Shown: in pieces, positions 1 to 12,500 of the stretch
Position numbering within the stretch: the stretch's first letter is position 1
Layout: each line of letters starts with the position of its first letter
Assembly: GCA_964016885.1 (NCBI GenBank)
Contig: OZ024741.1
Location: 248,992,001-249,056,000 of the forward strand
DNA from: Eledone cirrhosa
Lineage: Eukaryota
Length of the DNA stretch: 64,000 nucleotides
Reading direction: 5' to 3'
The notes under the pieces: model-generated
Database searches by the model: none
What the model was told of the DNA's origin: nothing
The model's input: only the letters and a program-made list of their open reading frames with translations
Translations under genes and position numbers: made by a program

Positions 1-232
1 ATATTTAAAAAAATCAGGCGGAGATAATTTGTAAAAAAAATCAGGGGGAGATAATTTGTAAAAAAATCAGGGGGAGATAATTTGTAAAAAAAAATCAGGG
101 GGAGATAATTTGTAAAAAAAATCAGGGGGAGATAATTTGTAAAAAAAAATCAGGGGTAGATAATTTGTAAAAAAAAATCAGGGGGAGATAATTTATAAAA
201 AAAAATCAGGGGGAGATAATTTGTAAAAAAAT

Positions 233-367
233 CAAGGGGAGATAATTTCCAGCCGTCCAAGGGGAGATAATTTTCAGCCGTCCAAGGAGAGGTAATTTCT
301 AGCCGTCCAAGGGGAGATAATTTCCAGCCGTCCAAGGGGAGATAATTTTTTTAAAAAAATCAGGCGG
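233..367 (+). repeat. B-run cassette 'Y' (example copy): standard / TTTTCAGCC / GGAGAGGTAATTTCTAG / standard, closed by the T7A7-TCAGGCGG junction
   Basis: Same ordered variants recur at about 1975, 4362, 6447, 9502, 20420, 28367, 43004 and 55460, among others. Confidence 0.9.
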
Positions 368-2812
368 AGATAATTTGTAAACAAAAATCAGGGGGAGATA
401 ATTTGTAAAAAAAAATCAGGGGGAGATAATTTGTAAAAAAAAATCAGGGGGAGATAATTTGTAAAAAAAATCAAGGGGAGATAATTTGTAAAAAAAAATC
501 AGGGGTAGATAATTTGTAAAAAAAAATCAGGGGGAGATAATTTGTAAAAAAAAAATCAGGGGGAGATAATTTGTAAAAAAATCAAGGGGAGATAATTTCC
601 AGCCGTCCAAGGGGAGATAATTTTCAGCCGTCCAAGGAGAGGTAATTTCTAGCCGTCCAAGGGGAGATAATTTCCAGCCAGCCAAGGGGAGATAATTTGT
701 AAAAAAATCAGGGGTAGATAATTTGTAAAAAAAAATCAGGGGGAGATAATTTGTAAAAAAAAATCAGGGGGAGATAATTTGTAAAAAAAATCAAGGGGAG
801 ATAATTTCCAGCCGTCCAAGGGGAGATAATTTTCAGCCGTCCAAGGAGAGGTAATTTCTAGCCGTCCAAGGGGAGATAAGTTCCAGCCTCCAAGGGGAGA
901 TAATTTCCAGCCAGCCAAGGGGAGATAATTTGTAAAAAAATCAGGGGTAGATAATTTGTAAAAAAAAATCAGGGGGAGATAATTTGTAAAAAAAATCAGG
1001 GGGAGATAATTTGTAGAAAAAATCAGGGGTAGATAATTTCCAGCCGTCCAAGGGGAGATAATTTCCATCCTTCCAAGGGGAGATAATTTCCAGCCGTCCA
1101 AGGGGAGATAATTTCCCGCAAGCCAAGGAGAGATAACATTTAAAAAAATCAGGCGGAGATAATTTGTAAAAAAAAATCAGGGGGAGATAATTTGTGAAAA
1201 AATCAGGGGGAGATAATTTGTAAAAAAAATCAGGGGTAGATAATTTCCAGCCGTCCAAGGGGAGATAATTTCCATCCTTCCAAGGGGAGATAATTTCCAG
1301 CCGTCCAAGGGGAGATAATTTCCCGCCAGCCAAGGAGAGATAATATTTAAAAAAAATCAGGCGGAGATAATTTGTAAAAAAAATCAGGGGGAGATAATTT
1401 GTAAAAAAATCAGGGGGAGATAATTTGTAAAAAAAAATCAGGGGGAGATAATTTGTAAAAAAAATCAGGGGGAGATAATTTGTAAAAAAAAATCAGGGGT
1501 AGATAATTTGTAAACAAAAATCAGGGGGAGATAATTTGTAAAAAAAAATCAGGGGGAGATAATTTGTAAAAAAAATCAGGGGGAGATAATTTGTAAAAAA
1601 ATCAGGGGGAGATAATTTGTAAAAAAAATCAGGGGTAGATAATTTCCAGCCGTCCAAGGGGAGATAATTTCCATCCTTCCAAGGGGAGATAATTTCCAGC
1701 CGTCCAAGGGGAGATAATTTCCCGCCAGCCAAGGAGAGATAATATTTAAAAAAATCAGGCGGAGATAATTTGTAAAAAAAATCAGGGGGAGATAATTTGT
1801 AAAAAAATCAGGGGGAGATAATTTGTAAAAAAAAATCAGGGGGAGATAATTTGTAAAAAAAATCAGGGGGAGATAATTTGTAAAAAAAAATCAGGGGTAG
1901 ATAATTTGTAAAAAAAAATCAGGGGGAGATAATTTGTAAAAAAAAATCAGGGGGAGATAATTTGTAAAAAAATCAAGGGGAGATAATTTCCAGCCGTCCA
2001 AGGGGAGATAATTTTCAGCCGTCCAAGGAGAGGTAATTTCTAGCCGTCCAAGGGGAGATAATTTCCAGCCGTCCAAGGGGAGATAATTTTTTTAAAAAAA
2101 TCAGGCGGAGATAATTTGTAAACAAAAATCAGGGGGAGAGAATTTGTAAAAAAAAATCAGGGGGAGATAATTTGTAAAAAAAAATCAGGGGGAGATAATT
2201 TGTAAAAAAAATCAAGGGGAGATAATTTCCAGCCGTCCAAGGGGAGGTAATATCTAGCCATCCAAGGGGAGATAATTTCCAGCCGTCCAAGGGGAGATAA
2301 TATCCAGCCGTCCAAGGAGACATTTTCCAGCCGTCCAAGGAGACGTAATTTCTAGCCGTCCAAGGGGAGATAAGTTCCAGCCTCCAAGGGGAGATAATTT
2401 CCAGCCAGCCAAAGGGAGATAATTTGTAAAAGAATTAGGGGGAGATAATTTGTAAAAAAAAATTAGAGGAAGATAATTTGTAAAAAAAAATCAGGGGGAG
2501 ATAATTTGTAAAAAAAAATCAGGGGGAGATAATTTGTAAAAAAAATCAAGGGGAGATAATTTCCAGCCGTCCAAGGGGAGATAATTTTCAGCCGTCCAAG
2601 GAGAGGTAAATTGTAGCCGTCCAAGGAGATATAATTTCCAGCCGTCCAAGGGGAGATCATTTCCAGCCGTCCAAGGGGAGATAATTTTTAAAAAAAAATC
2701 AGGCGGAAATAATTTGTAAACAAAAATCAGGGGTAGATAATTTTTTAAAAAAAATCAGGGGGAGATAATTTGTAAAAAAAAATCAGGGGGAGATAATTTG
2801 TAAAAAAAATCA

Positions 2813-3036
2813 AGGGGAGATAATTTCCAGCCGTCCAAGGGGAGGTAATATCTAGCCATCCAAGGGGAGATAATTTCCAGCCGTCCAAGGGGAGATAATT
2901 TCCAGCCGTCCAAGGGGAGATAATATCCAGCCGTCCAAGGAGACATATTTTCCAGCCGTCCAAGGAGAGGTAATTTCTAGCCGTCCAAGGGGAGATAAGT
3001 TCCAGCCTCCAAGGGGAGATAATTTCCAGCCAGCCA
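2813..3036 (+). repeat. B-run cassette 'Z' (example copy), 9 monomers: std / GGTAATATCTAGCCATCC / std / std / AATATCC / GGAGACATATTTTCC / GGAGAGGTAATTTCTAG / AAGTTCCAGCCTCC / CCAGCCAGCC
   Basis: Identical order in many copies (about 4601, 5255, 7660, 8285, 17061, 18997, 20660, 29943, 47018, 58820). It produces the recurring 61-aa ORF MAGWKLSPLGGWNL. Confidence 0.9.
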
Positions 3037-3145
3037 AGGGGAGATAATTTGTAAAAAAATCAGGGGGGAGATAATTTGTAAAAAAAATCAGGGGGAGATA
3101 ATTTGAAAAAAAAATCAGGGGGAGATAATTTGTAAAAAATATCAA

Positions 3146-3330
3146 GGGGAGATAATTTCCAGCCCTCCAAGGGGCTATAATTTCCAGCCGTGCAAGGGGA
3201 GATAATTTCCAGCCGTCCAAGGGGAGATAATTTCCATCCTTCCAAGGGGAGATAATTTCCAGCCGTCCAAGGGGAGATAATTTCCCGCCAGCCAAGGGAA
3301 GATAATTTTTTAAAAAATCAGGCGGAGATT
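3146..3330 (+). repeat. B-run cassette 'W' (example copy): CCAGCCCTCC / GGGGCTATAATTTCCAGCCGTGC / std / CCATCCTTCC / std / CCCGCCAGCCAAGGGAAG
   Basis: Diagnostic GGGGCTATAA...CCGTGC at about 3171, 5613, 7108, 8643, 11546, 12841, 33706, 45969, 49233, 51592, 53090 and 54599. Confidence 0.9.
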
Positions 3331-3810
3331 GTAAAAAAAATCAGGGGGAGATAATTTCCAGCCGTCCAAGGGGAGGTAATATCTAGCCATCCAAGGGGAG
3401 ATAATTTCCAGCCGTCCAAGGGGAGATAATTTCCAGCCGTCCAAGGGGAGATAATATCCAGCCGTCCAAGGAGACATATTTTCCAGCCGTCCAAGGAGAG
3501 GTAATTTCTAGCCGTCCAAGGGGAGATAAGTTCCAGCCTCCAAGGGGAGATAATTTCCAGCCAGCCAAGGGGAGATAATTTGTAAAAAAATCAGGGGGAG
3601 ATAATTTGTAAAAAAAAAATCAGGGGGAGATAATTTGTAAAAAAATCAGGGGGAGATAATTTGTAAAAAAAAAATCAGGGGGAGATAATTTGTAAAAAAA
3701 ATCAGGGGGAGATAATTTGTAAAAAAAATCAGGGGTAGATAATTTGTAAAAAAAATCAGGGGGAGATAATTTGTAAAAAAAATCAGGGGGAGATAATTTG
3801 TAAAAAAAAT

Positions 3811-4150
3811 CAGGGGTAGATAATTTTCAGCCGTCCAAGGGGAGATAATTTCCATCCTTCCAAGGGGAGATAATTTCCAGCCGTCCAAGGGGAGATAATT
3901 TCCCGCCAGCCAAGGAGAGATAACATTTAAAAAAATCAGGCGGAGATAATTTGTAAAAAAAATCAGGGGGAGATAATTTGTAAAAAAATCAGGGGGAGAT
4001 AATTTGTAAAAAAAATCAGGGGTAGATAATTTCCAGCCGTCCAAGGGGAGATAATTTCCATCCTTCCAAGGGGAGATAATTTCCAGCCGTCCAAGGGGAG
4101 ATAATTTCCCGCCAGCCAAGGAGAGATAATATTTAAAAAAATCAGGCGGA
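3811..4150 (+). repeat. Paired B-run cassette 'X-X' (example copy): GGGGTAG-start / CCATCCTTCC / std / CCCGCCAGCCAAGGAGAG; first copy ends AACATTT, second ends AATATTT, about 206 bp apart
   Basis: The pair recurs at about 1025, 10060, 14260, 15575, 19870, 26060, 29157, 35095, 36415, 40285, 47485 and 56017. Confidence 0.88.
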
Positions 4151-6519
4151 GATAATTTGTAAAAAAAATCAGGGGGAGATAATTTGTAAAAAAATCAGGG
4201 GGAGATAATTTGTAAAAAAAAATCAGGGGGAGATAATTTGTAAAAAAAATCAGGGGGAGATAATTTGTAAAAAAAAATCAGGGGTAGATAATTTGTAAAA
4301 AAAAATCAGGGGGAGATAATTTGTAAAAAAAAATCAGGGGGAGATAATTTGTAAAAAAATCAAGGGGAGATAATTTCCAGCCGTCCAAGGGGAGATAATT
4401 TTCAGCCGTCCAAGGAGAGGTAATTTCTAGCCGTCCAAGGGGAGATAATTTCCAGCCGTCCAAGGGGAGATAATTTTTTAAAAAAAATCAGGCGGAGATA
4501 ATTTGTAAACAAAAATCAGGGGGAGAGAATTTGTAAAAAAAAATCAGGGGGAGATAATTTGTAAAAAAAAATCAGGGGGAGATAATTTGTAAAAAAAATC
4601 AAGGGGAGATAATTTCCAGCCGTCCAAGGGGAGGTAATATCTAGCCATCCAAGGGGAGATAATTTCCAGCCGTCCAAGGGGAGATAATTTCCAGCCGTCC
4701 AAGGGGAGATAATATCCAGCCGTCCAAGGAGACATATTTTCCAGCCGTCCAAGGAGACGTAATTTCTAGCCGTCCAAGGGGAGATAAGTTCCAGCCTCCA
4801 AGGGGAGATAATTTCCAGCCAGCCAAAGGGAGATAATTTGTAAAAAAATTAGGGGGAGATAATTTGTAAAAAAAAATTAGAGGAAGATAATTTGTAAAAA
4901 AAAATCAGGGGGAGATAATTTGTAAAAAAAAATCAGGGGGAGATAATTTGTAAAAAAAAATCAGGGGGAGATAATTTGTAAAAAAAATCAAGGGGAGATA
5001 ATTTCCAGCCGTCCAAGGGGAGATAATTTTCAGCCGTCCAAGGAGAGGTAAATTGTAGCCGTCCAAGGAGATATAATTTCCAGCCGTCCAAGGGGAGATA
5101 ATTTCCAGCCGTCCAAGGGGAGATAATTTTTAAAAAAAAATCAGGCGGAGATAATTTGTAAACAAAAATCAGGGGGAGATAATTTTTAAAAAAAAATCAG
5201 GGGGAGATAATTTGTAAAAAAAAATCAGGGGGAGATAATTTGTAAAAAAAATCAAGGGGAGATAATTTCCAGCCGTCCAAGGGGAAGTAATATCTAGCCA
5301 TCCAAGGGGAGATAATTTCCAGCCGTCCAAGGGGAGATAATTTCCAGCCGTCCAAGGGGAGATAATATCCAGCCGTCCAAGGAGACATATTTTCCAGCCG
5401 TCCAAGGAGAGGTAATTTCTAGCCGTCCAAGGGGAGATAAGTTCCAGCCTCCAAGGGGAGATAATTTCCAGCCAGCCAAGGGGAGATAATTTGTAAAAAA
5501 ATCAGGGGGGAGATAATTTGTAAAAAAAATCAGGGGGAGATAATTTGAAAAAAAAATCAGGGGGAGATAATTTGTAAAAAATATCAAGGGGAGATAATTT
5601 CCAGCCCTCCAAGGGGCTATAATTTCCAGCCGTGCAAGGGGAGATAATTTCCAGCCGTCCAAGGGGAGATAATTTCCATCCTTCCAAGGGGAGATAATTT
5701 CCAGCCGTCCAAGGGGAGATAATTTCCCGCCAGCCAAGGGAAGATAATTTTTTAAAAAATCAGGCGGAGATTGTAAAAAAAATCAGGGGGAGATAATTTG
5801 TAAAAAAATCAGGGGGAGATAATTTGTAAAAAAAAAATCAGGGGGAGATAATTTGTAAAAAAAAATCAGGGGGAGATAATTTGTAAAAAAAATCAGGGGT
5901 GATAATTTGTAAAAAAAATCAGGGGTAGATAATTTGTAAAAAAAATCAGGGGGAGATAATTTGTAAAAAAAATCAGGGGTAGATAATTTTCAGCCGTCCA
6001 AGGGGAGATAATTTCCATCCTTCCAAGGGGAGATAATTTCCAGCCGTCCAAGGGGAGATAATTTCCCGCCAGCCAAGGAGAGATAACATTTAAAAAAATC
6101 AGGCGGAGATAATTTGTAAAAAAATCAGGGGGAGATAATTTGTAAAAAAAATCAGGGGTAGATAATTTTCAGCCGTCCAAGGGGAGATAATTTCCATCCT
6201 TCCAAGGGGAGATAATTTCCAGCCGTCCAAGGGGAGATAATTTCCCGCCAGCCAAGGAGAGATAACATTTAAAAAAATCAGGGGGAGATAATTTGTAAAA
6301 AAAAATCAGGGGGAGATAATTCGTAAAAAAAAATCAGGGGGAGATAATTTGTAAAAAAAAATCAGGGGTAGATAATTTGTAAAAAAAAATCAGGGGGAGA
6401 TAATTTGTAAAAAAAAAATCAGGGGGAGATAATTTGTAAAAAAATCAAGGGGAGATAATTTCCAGCCGTCCAAGGGGAGATAATTTTCAGCCGTCCAAGG
6501 AGAGGTAATTTCTAGCCGT

Positions 6520-9500
6520 CCAAGGGGAGATAATTTCCAGCCGTCCAAGGGGAGATAATTTTTTTAAAAAAATCAGGCGGAGATAATTTGTAAACAAAAA
6601 TCAGGGGGAGATAATTTGTAAAAAAAAATCAGGGGGAGATAATTTGTAAAAAAAAATCAGGGGGAGATAATTTGTAAAAAAAATCAAGGGGAGATAATTT
6701 GTAAAAAAAAATCAGGGGTAGATAATTTGTAAAAAAAATCAGGGGGAGATAATTTGTAAAAAAAAAATCAGGGGGAGATAATTTGTAAAAAAATCAAGGG
6801 GAGATAATTTCCAGCCGTCCAAGGGGAGATAATTTTCAGCCGTCCAAGGAGAGGTAATTTCTAGCCGTCCAAGGGGAGATAATTTCCAGCCAGCCAAGGG
6901 GAGATAATTTGTAAAAAAATCAGGAGTAGATAATTTGTAAAAAAAAATCAGGGGGAGATAATTTGTAAAAAAAATCAGGGGGAGATAATTTGTAAAAAAA
7001 ATCAGGGGTAGATAATTTCCAGCCGTCCAAGGGGAGATAATTTCCAGCCGTCCAAGGGGAGATAATTTGTAAAAAATATCAAGGGGAGATAATTTCCAGC
7101 CCTCCAAGGGGCTATAATTTCCAGCCGTGCAAGGGGAGATAATTTCCAGCCGTCCAAGGGGAGATAATTTCCATCCTTCCAAGGGGAGATAATTTCCAGC
7201 CGTCCAAGGGGAGATAATTTCCCGCCAGCCAAGGAGAGATAATATTTAAAAAAATCAGGCGGAGATAATTTGTAAAAAAAATCAGGGGGAGATAATTTGT
7301 AAAAAAATCAGGGGGAGATAATTTGTAAAAAAAAATCAGGGGGAGATAATTTACAAAAAAAATCAGGGGGAGATAATTTGTAAAAAAAAATCAGGGGTAG
7401 ATAATTTGTAAAAAAAATCAGGGGGAGATAATTTCCAGCCGTCCAAGGGGAGATAATTTTCAGCCGTCCAAGGAGAGGTAATTTCTAGCCGTCCAAGGGG
7501 AGATAATTTCCAGCCGTCCAAGGGGAGATAATTTTTTTAAAAAAATCAGGCGGAGATAATTTGTAAACAAAAATCAGGGGGAGAGAATTTGTAAAAAAAA
7601 ATCAGGGGGAGATAATTTGTAAAAAAATATCAGGGGGAGATAATTTGTAAAAAAAATCAAGGGGAGATAATTTCCAGCCGTCCAAGGGGAGGTAATATCT
7701 AGCCATCCAAGGGGAGATAATTTCCAGCCGTCCAAGGGGAGATAATTTCCAGCCGTCCAAGGGGAGATAATATCCAGCCGTCCAAGGAGACATATTTTCC
7801 AGCCGTCCAAGGAGACGTAATTTCTAGCCGTCCAAGGGGAGATAAGTTCCAGCCTCCAAGGGGAGATAATTTCCAGCCAGCCAAAGGGAGATAATTTGTA
7901 AAAAAATTAGGGGGAGATAATTTGTAAAAAAAAATTAGAGGAAGATAATTTGTAAAAAAAAATCAGGGGGAGATAATTTGTAAAAAAAAATCAGGGGGAG
8001 ATAATTTGTAAAAAAAATCAAGGGGAGATAATTTCCAGCCGTCCAAGGGGAGATAATTTTCAGCCGTCCAAGGAGAGGTAAATTGTAGCCGTCCAAGGAG
8101 ATATAATTTCCAGCCGTCCAAGGGGAGATAATTTCCAGCCGTCCAAGGGGAGATAATTTTTAAAAAAAAATCAGGCGGAGATAATTTGTAAACAAAAATC
8201 AGGGGGAGATAATTTTAAAAAAAAAATCAGGGGCAGATAATTTGTAAAAAAAAATCAGGGGGAGATAATTTGTAAAAAAAATCAAGGGGAGATAATTTCC
8301 AGCCGTCCAAGGGGAGGTAATATCTAGCCATCCAAGGGGAGATAATTTCCAGCCGTCCAAGGGGAGATAATTTCCAGCCGTCCAAGGGGAGATAATATCC
8401 AGCCGTCCAAGGAGACATATTTTCCAGCCGTCCAAGGAGAGGTAATTTCTAGCCGTCCAAGGGGAGATAAGTTCCAGCCTCCAAGGGGAGATAATTTCCA
8501 GCCAGCCAAGGGGAGATAATTTGTAAAAAAATCAGGGGGGAGATAATTTGTAAAAAAAATCAGGGGGAGATAATTTGAAAAAAAAATCAGGGGGAGATAA
8601 TTTGTAAAAAATATCAAGGGGAGATAATTTCCAGCCCTCCAAGGGGCTATAATTTCCAGCCGTGCAAGGGGAGATAATTTCCAGCCGTCCAAGGGGAGAT
8701 AATTTCCATCCTTCCAAGGGGAGATAATTTCCAGCCGTCCAAGGGGAGATAATTTCCCGCCAGCCAAGGGAAGATAATTTTTTAAAAAATCAGGCGGAGA
8801 TTGTAAAAAAAATCAGGGGGAGATAATTTGTAAAAAAATCAGGGGGAGATAATTTGTAAAAAAAAAATCAGGGGGAGATAATTTGTAAAAAAAAATCAGG
8901 GGGAGATAATTTGTAAAAAAAATCAGGGGTGATAATTTGTAAAAAAATCAGGGGTAGATAATTTGTAAAAAAAATCAGGGGGAGATAATTTGTAAAAAAA
9001 ATCAGGGGGAGATAATTTGTAAAAAAAATCAGGGGTAGATAATTTTCAGCCGTCCAAGGGGAGATAATTTCCATCCTTCCAAGGGGAGATAATTTCCAGC
9101 CGTCCAAGGGGAGATAATTTCCCGCCAGCCAAGGAGAGATAACATTTAAAAAAATCAGGCGGAGATAATTTGTAAAAAAATCAGGGGGAGATAATTTGTA
9201 AAAAAAATCAGGGGTAGATAATTTTCAGCCGTCCAAGGGGAGATAATTTCCATCCTTCCAAGGGGAGATAATTTCCAGCCGTCCAAGGGGAGATAATTTC
9301 CCGCCAGCCAAGGAGAGATAACATTTAAAAAAATCAGGGGGAGATAATTTGTAAAAAAAATCAGGGGGAGATAATTCGTAAAAAAAAATCAGGGGGAGAT
9401 AATTTGTAAAAAAAAATCAGGGGTAGATAATTTGTAAAAAAAAATCAGGGGGAGATAATTTGTAAAAAAAAAATCAGGGGGAGATAATTTGTAAAAAAAT

Positions 9501-12500
9501 CAAGGGGAGATAATTTCCAGCCGTCCAAGGGGAGATAATTTTCAGCCGTCCAAGGAGAGGTAATTTCTAGCCGTCCAAGGGGAGATAATTTCCAGCCGTC
9601 CAAGGGGAGATAATTTTTTTTTAAAAATCAGGCGGAGATAATTTGTAAACAAAAATCAGGGGGAGATAATTTGTAAAAAAAAATCAGGGGGAGATAATTT
9701 GTAAAAAAAAATCAGGGGGAGATAATTTGTAAAAAAAATCAAGGGGAGATAATTTGTAAAAAAAAATCAGGGGTAGATAATTTGTAAAAAAAAATCAGGG
9801 GGAGATAATTTGTAAAAAAAAAATCAGGGGGAGATAATTTGTAAAAAAATCAAGGGGAGATAATTTCCAGCCGTCCAAGGGGAGATAATTTTCAGCCGTC
9901 CAAGGAGAGGTAATTTCTAGCCGTCCAAGGGGAGATAATTTCCAGCCAGCCAAGGGGAGATAATTTGTAAAAAAATCAGGAGTAGATAATTTGTAAAAAA
10001 AAATCAGGGGGAGATAATTTGTAAAAAAAATCAGGGGGAGATAATTTGTAAAAAAAATCAGGGGTAGATAATTTCCAGCCGTCCAAGGGGAGATAATTTC
10101 CATCCTTCCAAGGGGAGATAATTTCCAGCCGTCCAAGGGGAGATAATTTCCCGCCAGCCAAGGAGAGATAACATTTAAAAAAATCAGGCGGAGATAATTT
10201 GTAAAAAAAATCAGGGGGAGATAATTTGTAAAAAAATCAGGGGGAGATAATTTGTAAAAAAAATCAGGGGTAGATAATTTCCAGCCGTCCAAGGGGAGAT
10301 AATTTCCATCCTTCCAAGGGGAGATAATTTCCAGCCGTCCAAGGGGAGATAATTTCCCGCCAGCCAAGGAGAGATAATATTTAAAAAAATCAGTCGGAGA
10401 TAATTTGTAAAAAAAATCAGGGGGAGATAATTTGTAAAAAAATCAGGGGGAGATAATTTGTAAAAAAAAATCAGGGGAGATAATTTGTAAAAAAAATCAG
10501 GGGGAGATAATTTGTAAAAAAATATCAGGGGTAGATAATTTGTAAAAAAAAATCAGGGGGAGATAATTTGTAAAAAAAAAATCAGGGGGAGATAATTTGT
10601 AAAAAAATCAAGGGGAGATAATTTCCAGCCGTCCAAGGGGAGATAATTTTCAGCCGTCCAAGGAGGTAATTTCTAGCCGTCCAAGGGGAGATAATTTCCA
10701 GCCGTCCAAGGGGAGATAATATCCAGCCATCCAAGGGGAGATAATATCCAGCCGTCCAAGGAGACATATTTTCCAGCCGTCCAAGGAGAGGTAATTTCTA
10801 GCCGTCCAAGGGGAGATAAGTTCCAGCCTCCAAGGGGAGAAAATTTCCAGCCAGCCAAGGGGAGATAATTTGTAAAAAAATCAGGGGGAGATAATTTGTA
10901 AAAAAAATCAAGGGGAGATAATTTCCAGCCGTCCAAGGGGAGGTAATATCTAGCCATCCAAGGGGAGATAATTTCCAGCCGTCCAAGGGGAGATAATTTT
11001 TTTAAAAAAATCAGGCGGAGATAATTTGTAAACAAAAATCAGGGGGAGATAATTTGTAAAAAAAAATCAGGGGGAGATAATTTGTAAAAAAAAATCAGGG
11101 GGAGATAATTTGTAAAAAAAATCAAGGGGAGATAATTTGTAAAAAAAAATCAGGGGTAGATAATTTGTAAAAAAAATCAGGGGGAGATAATTTGTAAAAA
11201 AAAAATCAGGGGGAGATAATTTGTAAAAAAATCAAGGGGAGATAATTTCCAGCCGTCCAAGGGGAGATAATTTTCAGCCGTCCAAGGAGAGGTAATTTCT
11301 AGCCGTCCAAGGGGAGATAATTTCCAGCCAGCCAAGGGGAGATAATTTGTAAAAAAATCAGGAGTAGATAATTTGTAAAAAAAAATCAGGGGGAGATAAT
11401 TTGTAAAAAAAATCAGGGGGAGATAATTTGTAAAAAAAATCAGGGGTAGATAATTTCCAGCCGTCCAAGGGGAGATAATTTCCAGCCGTCCAAGGGGAGA
11501 TAATTTGTAAAAAATATCAAGGGGAGATAATTTCCAGCCCTCCAAGGGGCTATAATTTCCAGCCGTGCAAGGGGAGATAATTTCCAGCCGTCCAAGGGGA
11601 GATAATTTCCATCCTTCCAAGGGGAGATAATTTCCAGCCGTCCAAGGGGAGATAATTTCCCGCCAGCCAAGGAGAGATAATATTTAAAAAAATCAGGCGG
11701 AGATAATTTGTAAAAAAAATCAGGGGGAGATAATTTGTAAAAAAATCAGGGGGAGATAATTTGTAAAAAAAAATCAGGGGGAGATAATTTACAAAAAAAA
11801 TCAGGGGGAGATAATTTGTAAAAAAAAATCAGGGGTAGATAATTTGTAAAAAAAATCAGGGGGAGATAATTTCCAGCCGTCCAAGGGGAGATAATTTTCA
11901 GCCGTCCAAGGAGAGGTAATTTCTAGCCGTCCAAGGGGAGATAATTTCCAGCCGTCCAAGGGGAGATAATATCCAGCCGTCCAAGGAGACATATTTTCCA
12001 GCCGTCCAAGGAGACGTAATTTCTAGCCGTCCAAGGGGAGATAAGTTCCAGCCTCCAAGGGGAGATAATTTCCAGCCAGCCAAAGGGAGATAATTTGTAA
12101 AAAAATTAGGGGGAGATAATTTGTAAAAAAAAATTAGAGGAAGATAATTTGTAAAAAAAAATCAGGGGGAGATAATTTGTAAAAAAAAATCAGGGGGAGA
12201 TAATTTGTAAAAAAAATCAAGGGGAGATAATTTCCAGCCGTCCAAGGGGAGATAATTTTCAGCCGTCCAAGGAGAGGTAAATTGTAGCCGTCCAAGGAGA
12301 TATAATTTCCAGCCGTCCAAGGGGAGATAATTTCCAGCCGTCCAAGGGGAGATAATTTTTAAAAAAAAATCAGGCGGAGATAATTTGTAAACAAAAATCA
12401 GGGGGAGATAATTTTAAAAAAAAAATCAGGGGCAGATAATTTGTAAAAAAAATCAGGGGGAGATAATTTGTAAAAAAAATCAAGGGGAGATAATTTCCAG

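Noticed and set aside
236-250. NF-kB/Rel-like site GGGGAGATAATTTCC
   Set aside because: The spacing between GGG and TTCC is longer than the 10-11 bp kappaB consensus.
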